Below are positions 1-10,959 of a stretch of DNA of 64,000 nt, piece after piece (position 1 is the first letter of the stretch; each line of letters begins with the position of its first letter). The notes under the pieces were generated by a model. The model saw nothing but the letters and a program-made list of their open reading frames with translations. It was not told the origin of the DNA and made no database searches. The DNA is from a virus (Duplodnaviria; Caudoviricetes). Location: IMG/VR virus record IMGVR_UViG_3300043093_000048, positions 32,001 to 96,000 of that record; one strand, 5' to 3'. The translations under genes were made by a program, and so were the position numbers.

Positions 1-43
1 ATTAAATAGCATTACATTTTTTATTTTAAAGGAGAAGAATAAT

Positions 44-1414
44 ATGGAAGAAAATAAAAAATATACAGTAAAAGAACTTAATGAAAAAGTATATAATCAC
101 GTTTCAAAATATAAAGAAATAGTGGATAAAAATACTGAAATAAACCCAAATAATTATTATTCATTAATTGGTTCTTTTAATCGTCATCATACAAAAATTG
201 AAGGCTATATGGAAACTTTTGAAGATAGACTTAAACGTCTTAAAGAGACTAAGATTGATTTTAATTATTATGAAGAACAACTTCATAATTATAAAAAATT
301 TTTTGAAAAATTAAATGAAGATAATATACAACCAACAGATGAAGAAATATATGGTTATATAGTTTGGTTCTTTCTTTCAATTTATCCAATAGACAATGAT
401 ATACAAAAAATTAAAATAAATGGAAAAACTGTTAAAAATTATATAAATGGAAGTATAGATTATATACAATATAAAAATATACCAAAAGATAAATATCAAA
501 CTCCTGAAGTTAAAAAAATTATAGATGATTTTTTAGATAGTTTAAAGACAATGATTAAAGATGGTACTCCAGAAGAATTATTTCTTATATTTAATTTTGA
601 TTTAGACGAAAGAAAAAATAGATATATTGAAGGAAGATATTATCCAACAAAATATGACATTAATTTTAAAAAAAGTTCTATATTTAATGATGAAATTGCA
701 ATTTATATATTCAAGTATTTAAAAGAAAATATTAATTTATTTTCAGATGAAATAGTTATAAAATATCTTTTCTATACTGAAAAAGAAGCGTTTTTTCTAA
801 AAGAATGTTATGGTTATTTTATTTTTGATGTTGACGAAAATGAAACTTCAACAATTCATAGAGATTTATATTTAACAAGACCAGACTTTGTTAATTACGA
901 ATTTATAATTGGCTTATTGAAAAGAGATATTAATAAAAGTATTTTAAAAAATTATAATTTTTATATTTCTGATAGATTGGGCACAATAGAAAAACGTTAT
1001 AAATATTTTATTGAAAATATTTATATTTGGTATCCGTTATTTATGTATGACAGATTTTATAAAGAAAAAACAATGTTTTCTCTTTATGATAAAGAAAGGA
1101 CTGATAAATTAGAAAAAGAAATAAATAAACTTTTTATAAAAACGTATAGAGTTTGTTTAAGACATAAAAAGACTATGAAAAGAATATTAAATTATAGAAT
1201 AAATTACGCTACTAAAATTGAATTTGTTAAGGAAAAAACATATTATCCTGAAACAGATTGGTTGTTTTCTAATAAATCTATAAAAAATAGATATTTAATG
1301 CTTTTGTTAATAGTAAAAAAAATTATGATAAAACAATCAGATAAAGGAATAGATGTTTGTAAGAAATATGGAATAACTCAAAATAACTTTACAAATATTT
1401 TATTTGATTTATAA
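44..1414 (+). CDS. Hypothetical protein (456 aa); C-terminal tail shared with the next gene
   Basis: Long ORF with AAAGGAG RBS; ends YGITQNNFTNILFDL. Confidence 0.8.
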   Translation: MEENKKYTVKELNEKVYNHVSKYKEIVDKNTEINPNNYYSLIGSFNRHHTKIEGYMETFEDRLKRLKETKIDFNYYEEQLHNYKKFFEKLNEDNIQPTDEEIYGYIVWFFLSIYPIDNDIQKIKINGKTVKNYINGSIDYIQYKNIPKDKYQTPEVKKIIDDFLDSLKTMIKDGTPEELFLIFNFDLDERKNRYIEGRYYPTKYDINFKKSSIFNDEIAIYIFKYLKENINLFSDEIVIKYLFYTEKEAFFLKECYGYFIFDVDENETSTIHRDLYLTRPDFVNYEFIIGLLKRDINKSILKNYNFYISDRLGTIEKRYKYFIENIYIWYPLFMYDRFYKEKTMFSLYDKERTDKLEKEINKLFIKTYRVCLRHKKTMKRILNYRINYATKIEFVKEKTYYPETDWLFSNKSIKNRYLMLLLIVKKIMIKQSDKGIDVCKKYGITQNNFTNILFDL

Positions 1415-1488
1415 TTTAAATTATAATTTGGGTGATGGATATATTAATATATCCATCATCTAATATTTTTTATAAAGGAGTATAAAGT

Positions 1489-2463
1489 ATGTTAAAAGAT
1501 TATATTGAAATGGTGACAAAAAGCCAGTCAGATAGAAAATTAGGAGAAAATATTAAATTTATTTTTACTAATATTAAAGATAAAAGAGAATATGAACTCA
1601 ATATTTTCTCTTTTACAAAAAATAATGAAATATTTCGTGATTATATAATTTCAAAATTATTATCATTTTGTAATACTAAAATAAGACCGTATGAATATAT
1701 TGAGCTATTAGATATGTTTATTAATTTTCTTAATAATAATCGTGAAAATTATTATAAAAAACCTTATACTGATTTACCATTACTTCAACAGGAAATGCTT
1801 ACTGAAAAGGAATTATATAATATTCTATTAACTCAAAAAATTTATTATGATTTATCAACTATTTTAAACCATGATTTAACATTAGAACAACAAAAAGAAA
1901 AAATTCTTTTTGACTTAGAAGCTATAGATGAAAAAGATCTTTATGATAATATTGATTTGTATGATCCAGAAATTGTTAATGATTTATTTTGTATTTTTAA
2001 TAGCTATGAGATGGATATTCCATATAATAGTATAAATAGAATTATTAAAAAAAATAATGATATATATAATAATTGTATACCATATATATTTAGTTATATA
2101 TTACCATCACTTCATATGATAAATAATTTCATGGGAATATATTTTACTAATGAAGAAGAGTATGAAAATATTACTAAACTTATTCATGAAAAGTTTAAAG
2201 AGTTATTAACTGCAGCTAAAGAATTCTATATTTATAATTATAAGTATTTAAAGACATGGATTAATAACTTTATTAGAAATCGTCAAAATGATTGCAGCCA
2301 TGAAATTATATTAAATACATCTAATGTATTTAATTATCATAATCTTAATACAATTGTATATAAATATATTGTAAATTGGGTTAAAGATTTGACTGACAAA
2401 GATAATAAAGATTATTATGGTATTAGTGATAATAATATCACAAATATTTTAATGGAAATATAA
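1489..2463 (+). CDS. Hypothetical protein (324 aa); C-terminal tail shared with the previous gene
   Basis: AAAGGAG RBS; ends YGISDNNITNILMEI. Confidence 0.8.
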   Translation: MLKDYIEMVTKSQSDRKLGENIKFIFTNIKDKREYELNIFSFTKNNEIFRDYIISKLLSFCNTKIRPYEYIELLDMFINFLNNNRENYYKKPYTDLPLLQQEMLTEKELYNILLTQKIYYDLSTILNHDLTLEQQKEKILFDLEAIDEKDLYDNIDLYDPEIVNDLFCIFNSYEMDIPYNSINRIIKKNNDIYNNCIPYIFSYILPSLHMINNFMGIYFTNEEEYENITKLIHEKFKELLTAAKEFYIYNYKYLKTWINNFIRNRQNDCSHEIILNTSNVFNYHNLNTIVYKYIVNWVKDLTDKDNKDYYGISDNNITNILMEI

Positions 2464-2472
2464 ATTTAAAAA

Positions 2473-2483
2473 TATATATTATA
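2473..2483 (+). promoter_or_regulatory. Putative early promoter motif TATATATTATA, followed by a stem-loop (2484-2510)
   Basis: Same 11-mer recurs upstream of many replication/transcription genes. Confidence 0.55.
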
Positions 2484-2538
2484 TTAGTGGAAGAAAAATC
2501 TTCCACTAATATTTTTTATTAAAAAGGAGTAATGTAAA

Positions 2539-4008
2539 ATGATTAATATCGCAAATAACAAAGAGTTTAATACTTTATTTAAAAAGATTAAACAGTCAAT
2601 AACAGAAGAAGGAGTTGAATATAGTTCTTTAGAGAATGATATGATTGAATTGTTTAATAATATGATAGCAGCAATAGAACTTGGAAAAGGTGATGAAGCT
2701 TTTGTAGGAATGTTTCTTCCAAAGATTAATAGAGTTTATGATTTCTCAGAACCATTTATTGCAGGAATTGCAATAATTAATGAAACTATAACTCTTAAAA
2801 TTAATCCACTATTATTCTTTAATATGTGTGATAGTTATGAAGACTTTGTAGTGGTTATTACGCATGAAATTTATCATTTGGTATTTAAGCATCTTAATAA
2901 AGAAAGAATGTTACCTAATCATAAGATTGATAATATATCTAAAGATATTTCTGTAAATCAATATATTAATTTTAGTTATGCTTGTTCTACTTTAAGAGAT
3001 GGTTGTTGTAAATTAGCAGATATTCAAGAATTAAATCCTGAACCTAAAAGAGAAAATGAATATTATTATGATTTAATAATTAATTCTAAAAATATCTTTA
3101 ATGATGGAAATGAAGAAAATAATAATGAAGATAAAAAGCTTAAAAATATGCTTAATGATTTAAAAGATCTAAAAGATAAATTAAATAATAATGACTTAAG
3201 TGAAGAAGAAAAAGAACAAATCGAAAATGATATTAAAGAATTAAAAGAAGAAATTAAAGATTATATTAAAGAACATTATAAAATAATGGATATTGATTAT
3301 TCAAATAATTCTTCTAATTCAGATGAAATAATTCTTAATGATTTAGTTGAAAGTACTCTTTCTGAAGCTAAAGAAAAAGGAAAGATTCCATCAAAAATTA
3401 AAGATACAATAGATGATCTTTATTATAAAAAGCCAATTATCAGTTGGAAGAAAGAATTAAGAAATATTGTTGGTAGTGTTCCTTGTCCGTATAAGAAAAC
3501 CATGAGAGTAAAAAATAGAAGACAACCTAGAAGAGCTGATCTTCTTGGAAAGGTAAATGATAGAAAGATTAGAATAGCTATTTGTATTGATACATCAGGT
3601 TCTGTTTCTAATGAAGAATTAAAATATTTCTTTAATGAATTATTTAATATTGTTAAAGATTATAATACTGAAATTACTTTAATTCAATGTGATAGTAGAG
3701 TTAACTCAGTAGATATTATTACTAATAAAAGAGATGTAAGCAAAATTGCTATTACTGGTAGAGGAGGAACTTGTTTTACACCTGCTTTTGAATATATTAA
3801 AGAAAATATTCCTAAGTATAAACAGCCAAACGTAATTATATATTTTACTGATGGTTGGGGTGAATCTACTATTAATCTTAAATATAAACCTATGGGAGAA
3901 ATTATGTGGGTTTTAACGGGAAATACTCATAATACATTATCTGTTAAAACTCCTGAATTTATTAAAAAGGTAAGACTTCTTAATATCGAAGGTAAAAAAT
4001 ATATTTAA
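2539..4008 (+). CDS. Metallopeptidase-like + VWA domain protein (DUF2201-like; usual partner of MoxR AAA+ ATPases)
   Basis: N-terminal HEIYH (HExxH); C-terminal MIDAS motif DTSGS, then GRGGT and YFTDG. Confidence 0.85.
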   Translation: MINIANNKEFNTLFKKIKQSITEEGVEYSSLENDMIELFNNMIAAIELGKGDEAFVGMFLPKINRVYDFSEPFIAGIAIINETITLKINPLLFFNMCDSYEDFVVVITHEIYHLVFKHLNKERMLPNHKIDNISKDISVNQYINFSYACSTLRDGCCKLADIQELNPEPKRENEYYYDLIINSKNIFNDGNEENNNEDKKLKNMLNDLKDLKDKLNNNDLSEEEKEQIENDIKELKEEIKDYIKEHYKIMDIDYSNNSSNSDEIILNDLVESTLSEAKEKGKIPSKIKDTIDDLYYKKPIISWKKELRNIVGSVPCPYKKTMRVKNRRQPRRADLLGKVNDRKIRIAICIDTSGSVSNEELKYFFNELFNIVKDYNTEITLIQCDSRVNSVDIITNKRDVSKIAITGRGGTCFTPAFEYIKENIPKYKQPNVIIYFTDGWGESTINLKYKPMGEIMWVLTGNTHNTLSVKTPEFIKKVRLLNIEGKKYI

Positions 4009-4074
4009 ACTAATTATTAATATAAGACGAAGTTTAGCAATAGTTGGACTAAGTGTTTTATATTATTGAAAATT

Positions 4075-4114
4075 AAAACAGTATACCAAAATAATTTGGT
4101 ATACTGTTTTTTTT
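4075..4114. terminator. Bidirectional intrinsic terminator between convergent genes
   Basis: Perfect inverted repeat AAAACAGTATACCAAA/TTTGGTATACTGTTTT with T-tract. Confidence 0.8.
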
Positions 4115-5323
4115 TTACCCACTAATATAATCGTCTATATTAATCTTTTTTAAGTGAACCGTACTATCATGGAAAGCTTTCATGCTACTATTTAAGATAA
4201 TACCACCTATTTCAGTAGTAAGTAATCCTATATTTTTACTTCCCATTTTATAATAATAATTTCCAGCACATTTATTACAAATTTTATCTCCTTTACAGAA
4301 TAATGGAGATCTCATCTTTACTAATTTATTAATATACTTTGATTTATTTTCATTATTTAATTCAACTAGTTGACCAGTTGTTGGATCTTTTATATAACGG
4401 AATTTAAATTTATTAAATATATCTTCAGTAAGTACAAATTCATAAAATAATTTAGTTCCACAATCAGAATTTTCTTCATCAAGAACTGATGACTGAAAAC
4501 TTGTAGTCATAATTTTATTTTGATAACCACCTTTTTGTGTTTCAACTGCTTTATTATATGTACCAGAAATACTCATATCACAATAATATTTAAACTCTTC
4601 TGGTTTAATTCCTTCATCTAGATTACTTGTAGATATATAACTTTCATTTGTAACGAAGTCTTTTACTGCTCCACGCATAATACTTGTATTTTTATAGTTA
4701 TTATCGAAACTACCACGACAACCACTATCATAAATTTGCATAGCAGGGCTATCTTTATATTCTTCTTTAGCTATATTTAATAATTCATTTTCAATTTTAG
4801 AAGTTACTACTAAATCACCATTTTTTATAGCTGTATCATTTTCTTTAATTAATTCTTTCTTACGTTTTTCTACTTTAGGATTAGTTATAATAAAATCAGC
4901 TGATAATGATGAATTAATAAATTTACCACAATAAAAACCAAACCAATTGACTTTATCTAAAAAGTCTCTAACTTCTTGCATATCAAGTTTATCTTCAGTA
5001 AATTTATCAATAATTTCACCTAATAATCCATTAATATTTTTACCAAAGGCTTTATTTTGATAACCAATCAATTTTCCTATATTTTCACTAAGTATTAATA
5101 AATTAAATATATATCTACCTACCGTAGTAGGCTCAGCTTTTTTATTATAAAGTTTTTCAGCAGGAAGAACAAAATAATCTTGTGGACAAAATTTAGGTTT
5201 TTTATTTTTAGTAAATGCAAAAAAATCTTCTAATAAAGGACCATTAACATCATCAGAAGTTAATTGTAATAATAATTTAATTTCTTCTTCACCAAGAGAT
5301 CTTCCTTTAATAACTTTTTCCAT
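4115..5323 (-). CDS. Phage multisubunit RNA polymerase beta'-like C-terminal subunit, probably virion RNAP
   Basis: Bridge-helix-like GGYQNK, DCGT, RSPLFC...ICNKCAG zinc site, trigger-loop-like MKAFH; late-type motif at 5351-5362. Confidence 0.85.
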   Translation of the reverse strand: MEKVIKGRSLGEEEIKLLLQLTSDDVNGPLLEDFFAFTKNKKPKFCPQDYFVLPAEKLYNKKAEPTTVGRYIFNLLILSENIGKLIGYQNKAFGKNINGLLGEIIDKFTEDKLDMQEVRDFLDKVNWFGFYCGKFINSSLSADFIITNPKVEKRKKELIKENDTAIKNGDLVVTSKIENELLNIAKEEYKDSPAMQIYDSGCRGSFDNNYKNTSIMRGAVKDFVTNESYISTSNLDEGIKPEEFKYYCDMSISGTYNKAVETQKGGYQNKIMTTSFQSSVLDEENSDCGTKLFYEFVLTEDIFNKFKFRYIKDPTTGQLVELNNENKSKYINKLVKMRSPLFCKGDKICNKCAGNYYYKMGSKNIGLLTTEIGGIILNSSMKAFHDSTVHLKKINIDDYISG

Positions 5324-5426
5324 ATAATATTCTCTCCTTTCAAAATTTAATAATTAATAGTTGTATGTCATATTTAAGTATATAACTTTAAAAAAGAGAT
5401 TTTTTATATTAAAATAAAATTAACAT

Positions 5427-5463
5427 AAAAATGGTATAAGGATTTAATCCTTATACCATTTTT
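5427..5463 (-). terminator. Intrinsic terminator
   Basis: Inverted repeat AAAAATGGTATAAGGA/TCCTTATACCATTTTT. Confidence 0.7.
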
Positions 5464-5482
5464 AATTAAAATCTATTAAAAA

Positions 5483-7198
5483 TTATAAACCATAATAATC
5501 TTCATAATAATCTTCGAAATAATCCATATCCATTTCTTCATACATTTCTGTATAATATCTAATTTCTTCCATATCATATTCATCAATATCATCAAAAGAT
5601 TCATAAATAGCTTCATAGAACTGTTCATTAAATTCTAATAAATCAGAATAATCATAATCTTCACAATAATAACCTAAAGATTCCTTTAATGATTTCTTTG
5701 CTTTTTGCATTGCTTTCCATTCTTCATAAGAAACCTTAGATCTCTTTCTAGGATTTTCAGCTACCCATTTTTCATATTGCTTCTTGTCATAAACTTTCTT
5801 ACCAGCAACAATACCTGTAGTAATAGCTGCTGCACCTGCTGCACCTGCTATCATTGCACCAGTATGTTTATTACCTGATTTTTCATCAGTTTTATTCTCA
5901 GTGCTTTTAGCAACTTTATTTGATGGAAGATTTGTATCAGTCTTAGGTGTAGGAGCGGAAGGTGTAGGAGCGGAAGGTGTAGGAGCGGAAGGTGTAGGAG
6001 CAGGAGTAGTCTTCTTTGGCTCTTCTGCAGCAGCAATAGCTCTACTATTAATTCTTTCAGCTTCCTCTCTTGTTTTAGTTTCAACACCTTTAAGAATTGG
6101 TGATGTTCTTCCTTCAGCATTTCTCTTTGCAACAACTTGATTACCAGCATCTTGACCTGGATTACCATTTCTTCTATTTTCTTTTTTCTGTCCTAAAACT
6201 TCTCCAGAAAATTCATCTCTTTTAGTTGATATATTATTTTTACTTCTGTTATAATGATCTGCTTTAGTTTCAGCTGTTTTTATTTTCTGTTTATTTCCAG
6301 ATTTTTTAGCACCTTCTAAGTTAGTATTAGCTTGTTTACTTCTATTCTCTTTAAATTCAGCAAGCTCTCCTGAATGAGTACTTGTTTGATTTGCATGTGT
6401 AATTGGTTTACCCTTTGGAGTATGTGTTGTTTGAGCTTTAATTCTATCTTCTAATGCCTTTTCTGGATCTTTTTCTCTATTTGAATTCTTTTGTTGTAAT
6501 CTTTGCTGTTGATCTTGATTTTTTTTCTTTGCTGCTTCTACTTCATCTCTTGTCATTCCAGTAGCTGCTGCAATTTTTGAAGTAGCTTTACCATTGGCAA
6601 TCATTTCTCTTTTCTTAGCAGCATCTCTTGACTGTTGAGTTGTTGCAGTGCTTCTTTCATCTGAATCTTTATTAAATTTATCTAAAGCAGCAGCTGCCTG
6701 TCTTTTTGATACATTTTTAAATTGATTGTCATAAACTTGTCTGCTTTGTGCACCAAAGCTAGCCATACTATTTTTATCCTTATCATGTTTTGTAGCATAG
6801 TAATCTTTTTTAACAGAAGCAGCACCAGTTAATTGGTTTCTTTGTTTATGTAAGTTAGCTAATTCTTTTTTTTCATAATCAGTTTTATTTTTTTTACGTT
6901 GTAATCTTTTAATTTCATCATCTAAGTCAGTTACTCTTTCATCAGTACCTGCTGCAGCATTTAAACGGTCAGTTAATGCATTTTCTGTTAAATAATCAAA
7001 TGCTTCTGAATAATAATCATAGAGTGCGTCATACATGCCTGCAATTGCAGCATCTTCATAAAAAGCATCTTCATAGAAATAATCATTTAAATCATCAGAA
7101 TATTCTGGATCATAATTTTCTATTAAATAATCATATGCTTCATTGTATATATATTCTTCATTTAATAAATATTCATATTCTTCATCGATATAAAACAT
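5483..7198 (-). CDS. Putative internal head/ejection protein (acidic ends, basic core, Gly/Ala hydrophobic segment)
   Basis: Y/D/E-rich termini with LNE/LTE/LKE sites, K/R/Q-rich core, PTPSA repeats, AGAAGAAAITTGIVAG segment. Confidence 0.6.
   Translation of the reverse strand: MFYIDEEYEYLLNEEYIYNEAYDYLIENYDPEYSDDLNDYFYEDAFYEDAAIAGMYDALYDYYSEAFDYLTENALTDRLNAAAGTDERVTDLDDEIKRLQRKKNKTDYEKKELANLHKQRNQLTGAASVKKDYYATKHDKDKNSMASFGAQSRQVYDNQFKNVSKRQAAAALDKFNKDSDERSTATTQQSRDAAKKREMIANGKATSKIAAATGMTRDEVEAAKKKNQDQQQRLQQKNSNREKDPEKALEDRIKAQTTHTPKGKPITHANQTSTHSGELAEFKENRSKQANTNLEGAKKSGNKQKIKTAETKADHYNRSKNNISTKRDEFSGEVLGQKKENRRNGNPGQDAGNQVVAKRNAEGRTSPILKGVETKTREEAERINSRAIAAAEEPKKTTPAPTPSAPTPSAPTPSAPTPKTDTNLPSNKVAKSTENKTDEKSGNKHTGAMIAGAAGAAAITTGIVAGKKVYDKKQYEKWVAENPRKRSKVSYEEWKAMQKAKKSLKESLGYYCEDYDYSDLLEFNEQFYEAIYESFDDIDEYDMEEIRYYTEMYEEMDMDYFEDYYEDYYGL
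5944..6005. repeat. 15-bp coding tandem repeat (about 4 copies, PTPSA linker)
   Basis: AGGTGTAGGAGCGGA repeated. Confidence 0.9.
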
Positions 7199-7224
7199 AT
7201 TTAAAAACCTTCTTTTTTATTATT

Positions 7225-7875
7225 TTAAAATAATTCTAAAATTTCACTTACTGAATATCCCTCATCTACAAGACTTTCAATAATTATCATATCCTGATAA
7301 TCATCAGTATATCCAGATTCAAGATAATATTCTTCCTTTAATGGCTTTCCATTAGCAACCCACTGCTTATAAGAAACCTTAGAACGTTTTCTTGGATCTG
7401 CTTCTTGCCATGCTTTATAATGTTTTTTATCAATAAGTGTTTTAGCACCTACAGCTAAACCTGCAACTGCTGCTGTACCACCAGCTACAGCTATGCCTGT
7501 TTTTAAATTTTTATTTTGTCTATTTGCTTTTTCTAATTCTTGTTTAGTATAATTATGATCAGATCTTTCAAAACCTAATCTCTGTCTTAATTTTTCATTT
7601 GTATTTTCTAAGTTATTAATTCTCTTCTTTCTTGCTGCTGCAATAAGTTCAGTTTTCTTTTTTTGTGTAAGTTTACCAACTTCACCATCTTTAGAATACT
7701 TAGGATTCTTATTTTTACTAACTGGTTGTTCGACTGGTCTCCAGCCATTTTCATCCATTGTTTGTCTAACCATATCGTCAGTCCAGCCCTTTTTTTTCAT
7801 TTCTCGTTTGTAACGATTTGATTCTAAAAGTGCATCACAATATCCTTCTAAATAAATATCATCATAATAATACAT
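7225..7875 (-). CDS. Putative internal head protein; shares a module with 5483..7198
   Basis: Start reassigned to ATG 7875 after AGGAG; YLEGYCDALLES at N-terminus; shared hydrophobic segment + PRKRSKVSY; late motif 7927-7938. Confidence 0.6.
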   Translation of the reverse strand: MYYYDDIYLEGYCDALLESNRYKREMKKKGWTDDMVRQTMDENGWRPVEQPVSKNKNPKYSKDGEVGKLTQKKKTELIAAARKKRINNLENTNEKLRQRLGFERSDHNYTKQELEKANRQNKNLKTGIAVAGGTAAVAGLAVGAKTLIDKKHYKAWQEADPRKRSKVSYKQWVANGKPLKEEYYLESGYTDDYQDMIIIESLVDEGYSVSEILELF

Positions 7876-8117
7876 AATAAAAAGAACTCCTTTCTTTTCC
7901 AATTCAAAAAAAAAAAAAAATATTTATAATTATTTGTTTTATTTATATATTATATAATTGAAGGAGGTAACAATTTATTTTAAAAAATTATAAAAATTTT
8001 GTCTTTCAATAAAAAAGAAACGAGATAAAAAATAATTATCATAAAAATTTAATATTATTATAATAATTTATAATAATATTAAAAATATTTAAATCAAATT
8101 TTATCGGAGGTTAAAAT

Positions 8118-10895
8118 ATGAGAATAACTTATATCAAACTTGAAAATTTCTTAGGAATCTATGCTGGTATGAAAAGAACCACTTTAGAAATTGATTTTAA
8201 GAATAATAAAAATAAAATAATTATTCTTAACGCAGCTAATGGAAAAGGTAAAACTACACTTTTATCAATGTTGCAACCGTTGAGAGAAACATTAGATTGC
8301 AGAAAGGATATCGTAATTCCAGGTGAATTAGGTCATAAAGTTGTAGATTTAATTCATAATGATATTGAATATCATATCGAACATTTCTATGGAAAAAAGA
8401 ATAAATCATTTATATCTAAAAATGGAGAAGAATTAAATGAAAATGGTAATATTAAATCCTTTAATCAAATAGCTAAAGAAGAATTAGGTATTGATGAAGA
8501 ATATTTTAAAATTGGTAGAATAGGTTCTAATGTATCTAATTTTATTGATCTAAAAGCTACTGATAGGAAAAAGTATATAACTGAATTTATTCCAAGCATT
8601 GATGAATATTTAGAAGCTTTTGATGTTATTAAAGATAAGTATACATCATTTAATTCACAGATTAAATTTATTAAAAATACTATTGAAAAATATTCTGGTC
8701 TTAAAGAATTAGATGAAATCAAAACTTATATAACTCAATTAAATAATCAATATAATGATTTCCAGAAAAGATATATTGAAGTTAAATCTAAGATTAATAG
8801 TTTAGAAGATTCTAAAAAGAATTTAGAAGATACTATTAAAAATTATATTAATGATAACACTCAGTTTATTATTAAAGATTTTGATTCAGATTTAAATGAT
8901 ATAACATTTTCTATTGATAACTTAGTAACTGAAAAAGAAGAAGAAGTTAATAGATTAGTTAATATGCAGAATAATTTTATTATAAGTTATAAAATTCATG
9001 TAGAAGAAAATATTGAAGATTATATTAAGACTTTAGAAAGAAAGTTTATAGCTAGAAAAGCTAAACTTGAATCTGAAATTGAAAATATTAATGATTTAAT
9101 ATTATCTTTAGAAACTACTAAAATTGATTGCTTAAATAAAATTGAATATTATACTAATAAGCTAGAATCTGTTAAGGAAAATGATTTATCTCCAGAGCAA
9201 GCTGAAGAAATTTCTAAGGAAATTGAAAGAACCAATAATGAATTAGCTTTAGCTAAAAATAATTTAACTATTTATGAAAGTAAATTTGATAAAGATGTTT
9301 TAGATGAATTATTAGAATTTTATAAGTCACATACTTTCATAGATGGAAAAGAAATTATAGATAGTTATGATGTTCTTAAAGATAATTATTCAGAGCAAAC
9401 ATTCAATAATTATTATGATTATATTGAAAGTCATGAAACTCTTAGCTTAAATAGTTTAAATAATAAATATAATACTTTAAATGAAGAATTAAATAATATT
9501 AATAAACAGCTTAGTGAAATTGATGGAAGACTTTCTTATGTAGATGAAACTCTGCCAAAAAGATCTGAAAAGTGTAATGATGATAATTGTAGTTTTATTA
9601 AATCAGCTTTAGAGATTCAAAAGAAAGATGTTCCTCTTAGAGAGAAACTAGAAGCTAGAGTAAATGTTATTAATTCTGATATAGAAGAACTATTATCTAA
9701 GATTAATAGTATTTCAGAATATATTGAAATTGATAATAGAGTTAAAACTCTAGAAAGTTATATCAAGCAATATATGCCAAATTATTTTGTTGAAAAGATT
9801 CTTAGTAAAAAATTATTAATCAATAATAATACAACACTTTTAGAAGATATTGGTATTTTTACAATAGAAAAGATTATTAATATTAATAAAAATATTGAAG
9901 AATTAAATAACTATATTAATAAAATTACAACACAATTAGAAAACTTTAAGATTTCTAAAACTCTTATTGATGAGTATTCTGAACAGCTAAAAAATTATAA
10001 AGAAATTTTAAATGAAAGCGAAAATAATCTTAAAGAGAATAAAGAGACTTTAAAAGATTTAACACTAAAATTAAATGATTCTGAAAAAAGAATTTCTATT
10101 TGTAATGAATATTATACTATTAATGAAGAATTAACTAAAACTACTGAAGAATATAATGATATTTTAGATATTCATAAACATTTATTTGATTTATTAACAA
10201 ATTATAGTGAATTTAAAAAGACAAATAATGTTGACGAACTTAATAATGATTTAATCACATTTAAAAGAAATATTGACGAGATTAAGATTAAATTAGATGA
10301 AAATAATACTGCTGTAAAAATTATTGAAGATAATATAAATAAACTTTCAGAGATTGAAGTAATTTATAATGATGTTTTATTAATTAAAGATGCTTTAGAT
10401 CCTAAGAAAGGTATTCCAGTAGTATTTGCTAATGAGTATCTTAAAAGTATTGCAACTAATACTAATAAATTATTAAAAATTGCTTATGGTGAAAAATTTA
10501 AAATTCGTTTTAATATAACATCTACTGACTTTCTTGTTGAAGTATATAAAAATGATGGAACATTTCTTACAGATATTAAACAAGCATCTCAGGGTGAAAC
10601 TTCACTTACAAATGTTTCATTAAGTTTAGCAATGTTAGAATGTATGATTAAAAAGTATAATATCATTTATCTTGATGAAGTTGATTGTACTCTTTCAACT
10701 GAAAATAGAAAATTATTTATTGAGTTATTAGAAAAACAGATTGATGAATTAAATATTGAACAATGTTTTGTAATTTCTCATAATAATGAATTTTATGATA
10801 AGAATATTGACTTAATTCTTCTTGAAGGTCATGATTGTCCTTTAGATGATAAAGAATTTATGCAAGGTAAAAATGTAATTTTAAATTTAGAATAA
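8118..10895 (+). CDS. sbcC: SbcC/Rad50-like SMC ATPase
   Basis: Walker A NGKGKTT, long coiled coil with central CxxxxC hook, signature ASQGET, Walker B YLDEVD, ISH. Confidence 0.88.
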   Translation: MRITYIKLENFLGIYAGMKRTTLEIDFKNNKNKIIILNAANGKGKTTLLSMLQPLRETLDCRKDIVIPGELGHKVVDLIHNDIEYHIEHFYGKKNKSFISKNGEELNENGNIKSFNQIAKEELGIDEEYFKIGRIGSNVSNFIDLKATDRKKYITEFIPSIDEYLEAFDVIKDKYTSFNSQIKFIKNTIEKYSGLKELDEIKTYITQLNNQYNDFQKRYIEVKSKINSLEDSKKNLEDTIKNYINDNTQFIIKDFDSDLNDITFSIDNLVTEKEEEVNRLVNMQNNFIISYKIHVEENIEDYIKTLERKFIARKAKLESEIENINDLILSLETTKIDCLNKIEYYTNKLESVKENDLSPEQAEEISKEIERTNNELALAKNNLTIYESKFDKDVLDELLEFYKSHTFIDGKEIIDSYDVLKDNYSEQTFNNYYDYIESHETLSLNSLNNKYNTLNEELNNINKQLSEIDGRLSYVDETLPKRSEKCNDDNCSFIKSALEIQKKDVPLREKLEARVNVINSDIEELLSKINSISEYIEIDNRVKTLESYIKQYMPNYFVEKILSKKLLINNNTTLLEDIGIFTIEKIININKNIEELNNYINKITTQLENFKISKTLIDEYSEQLKNYKEILNESENNLKENKETLKDLTLKLNDSEKRISICNEYYTINEELTKTTEEYNDILDIHKHLFDLLTNYSEFKKTNNVDELNNDLITFKRNIDEIKIKLDENNTAVKIIEDNINKLSEIEVIYNDVLLIKDALDPKKGIPVVFANEYLKSIATNTNKLLKIAYGEKFKIRFNITSTDFLVEVYKNDGTFLTDIKQASQGETSLTNVSLSLAMLECMIKKYNIIYLDEVDCTLSTENRKLFIELLEKQIDELNIEQCFVISHNNEFYDKNIDLILLEGHDCPLDDKEFMQGKNVILNLE

Positions 10896-10916
10896 ACTTA
10901 TTTAAAAATTGAATAA

Positions 10917-10959
10917 ATATAGAGATTAGGAAATAAATTCCTAATCTCTATATTTTTTT
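10917..10959. terminator. Bidirectional intrinsic terminator
   Basis: ATATAGAGATTAGGAA/TTCCTAATCTCTATAT plus T-tract between convergent genes. Confidence 0.75.

Noticed and set aside
5851-6168. Alternative-frame and antisense ORFs over repeats (5851, 5901, 13604, 13749, 33566, 34448, 58009 and similar)
   Set aside because: Shadows of low-complexity or repetitive real genes; no RBS and implausible composition
7960-8100. Very AT-rich palindromic intergenic stretch as a replication origin
   Set aside because: AT palindromes are common throughout this genome; no iterons or other supporting signal
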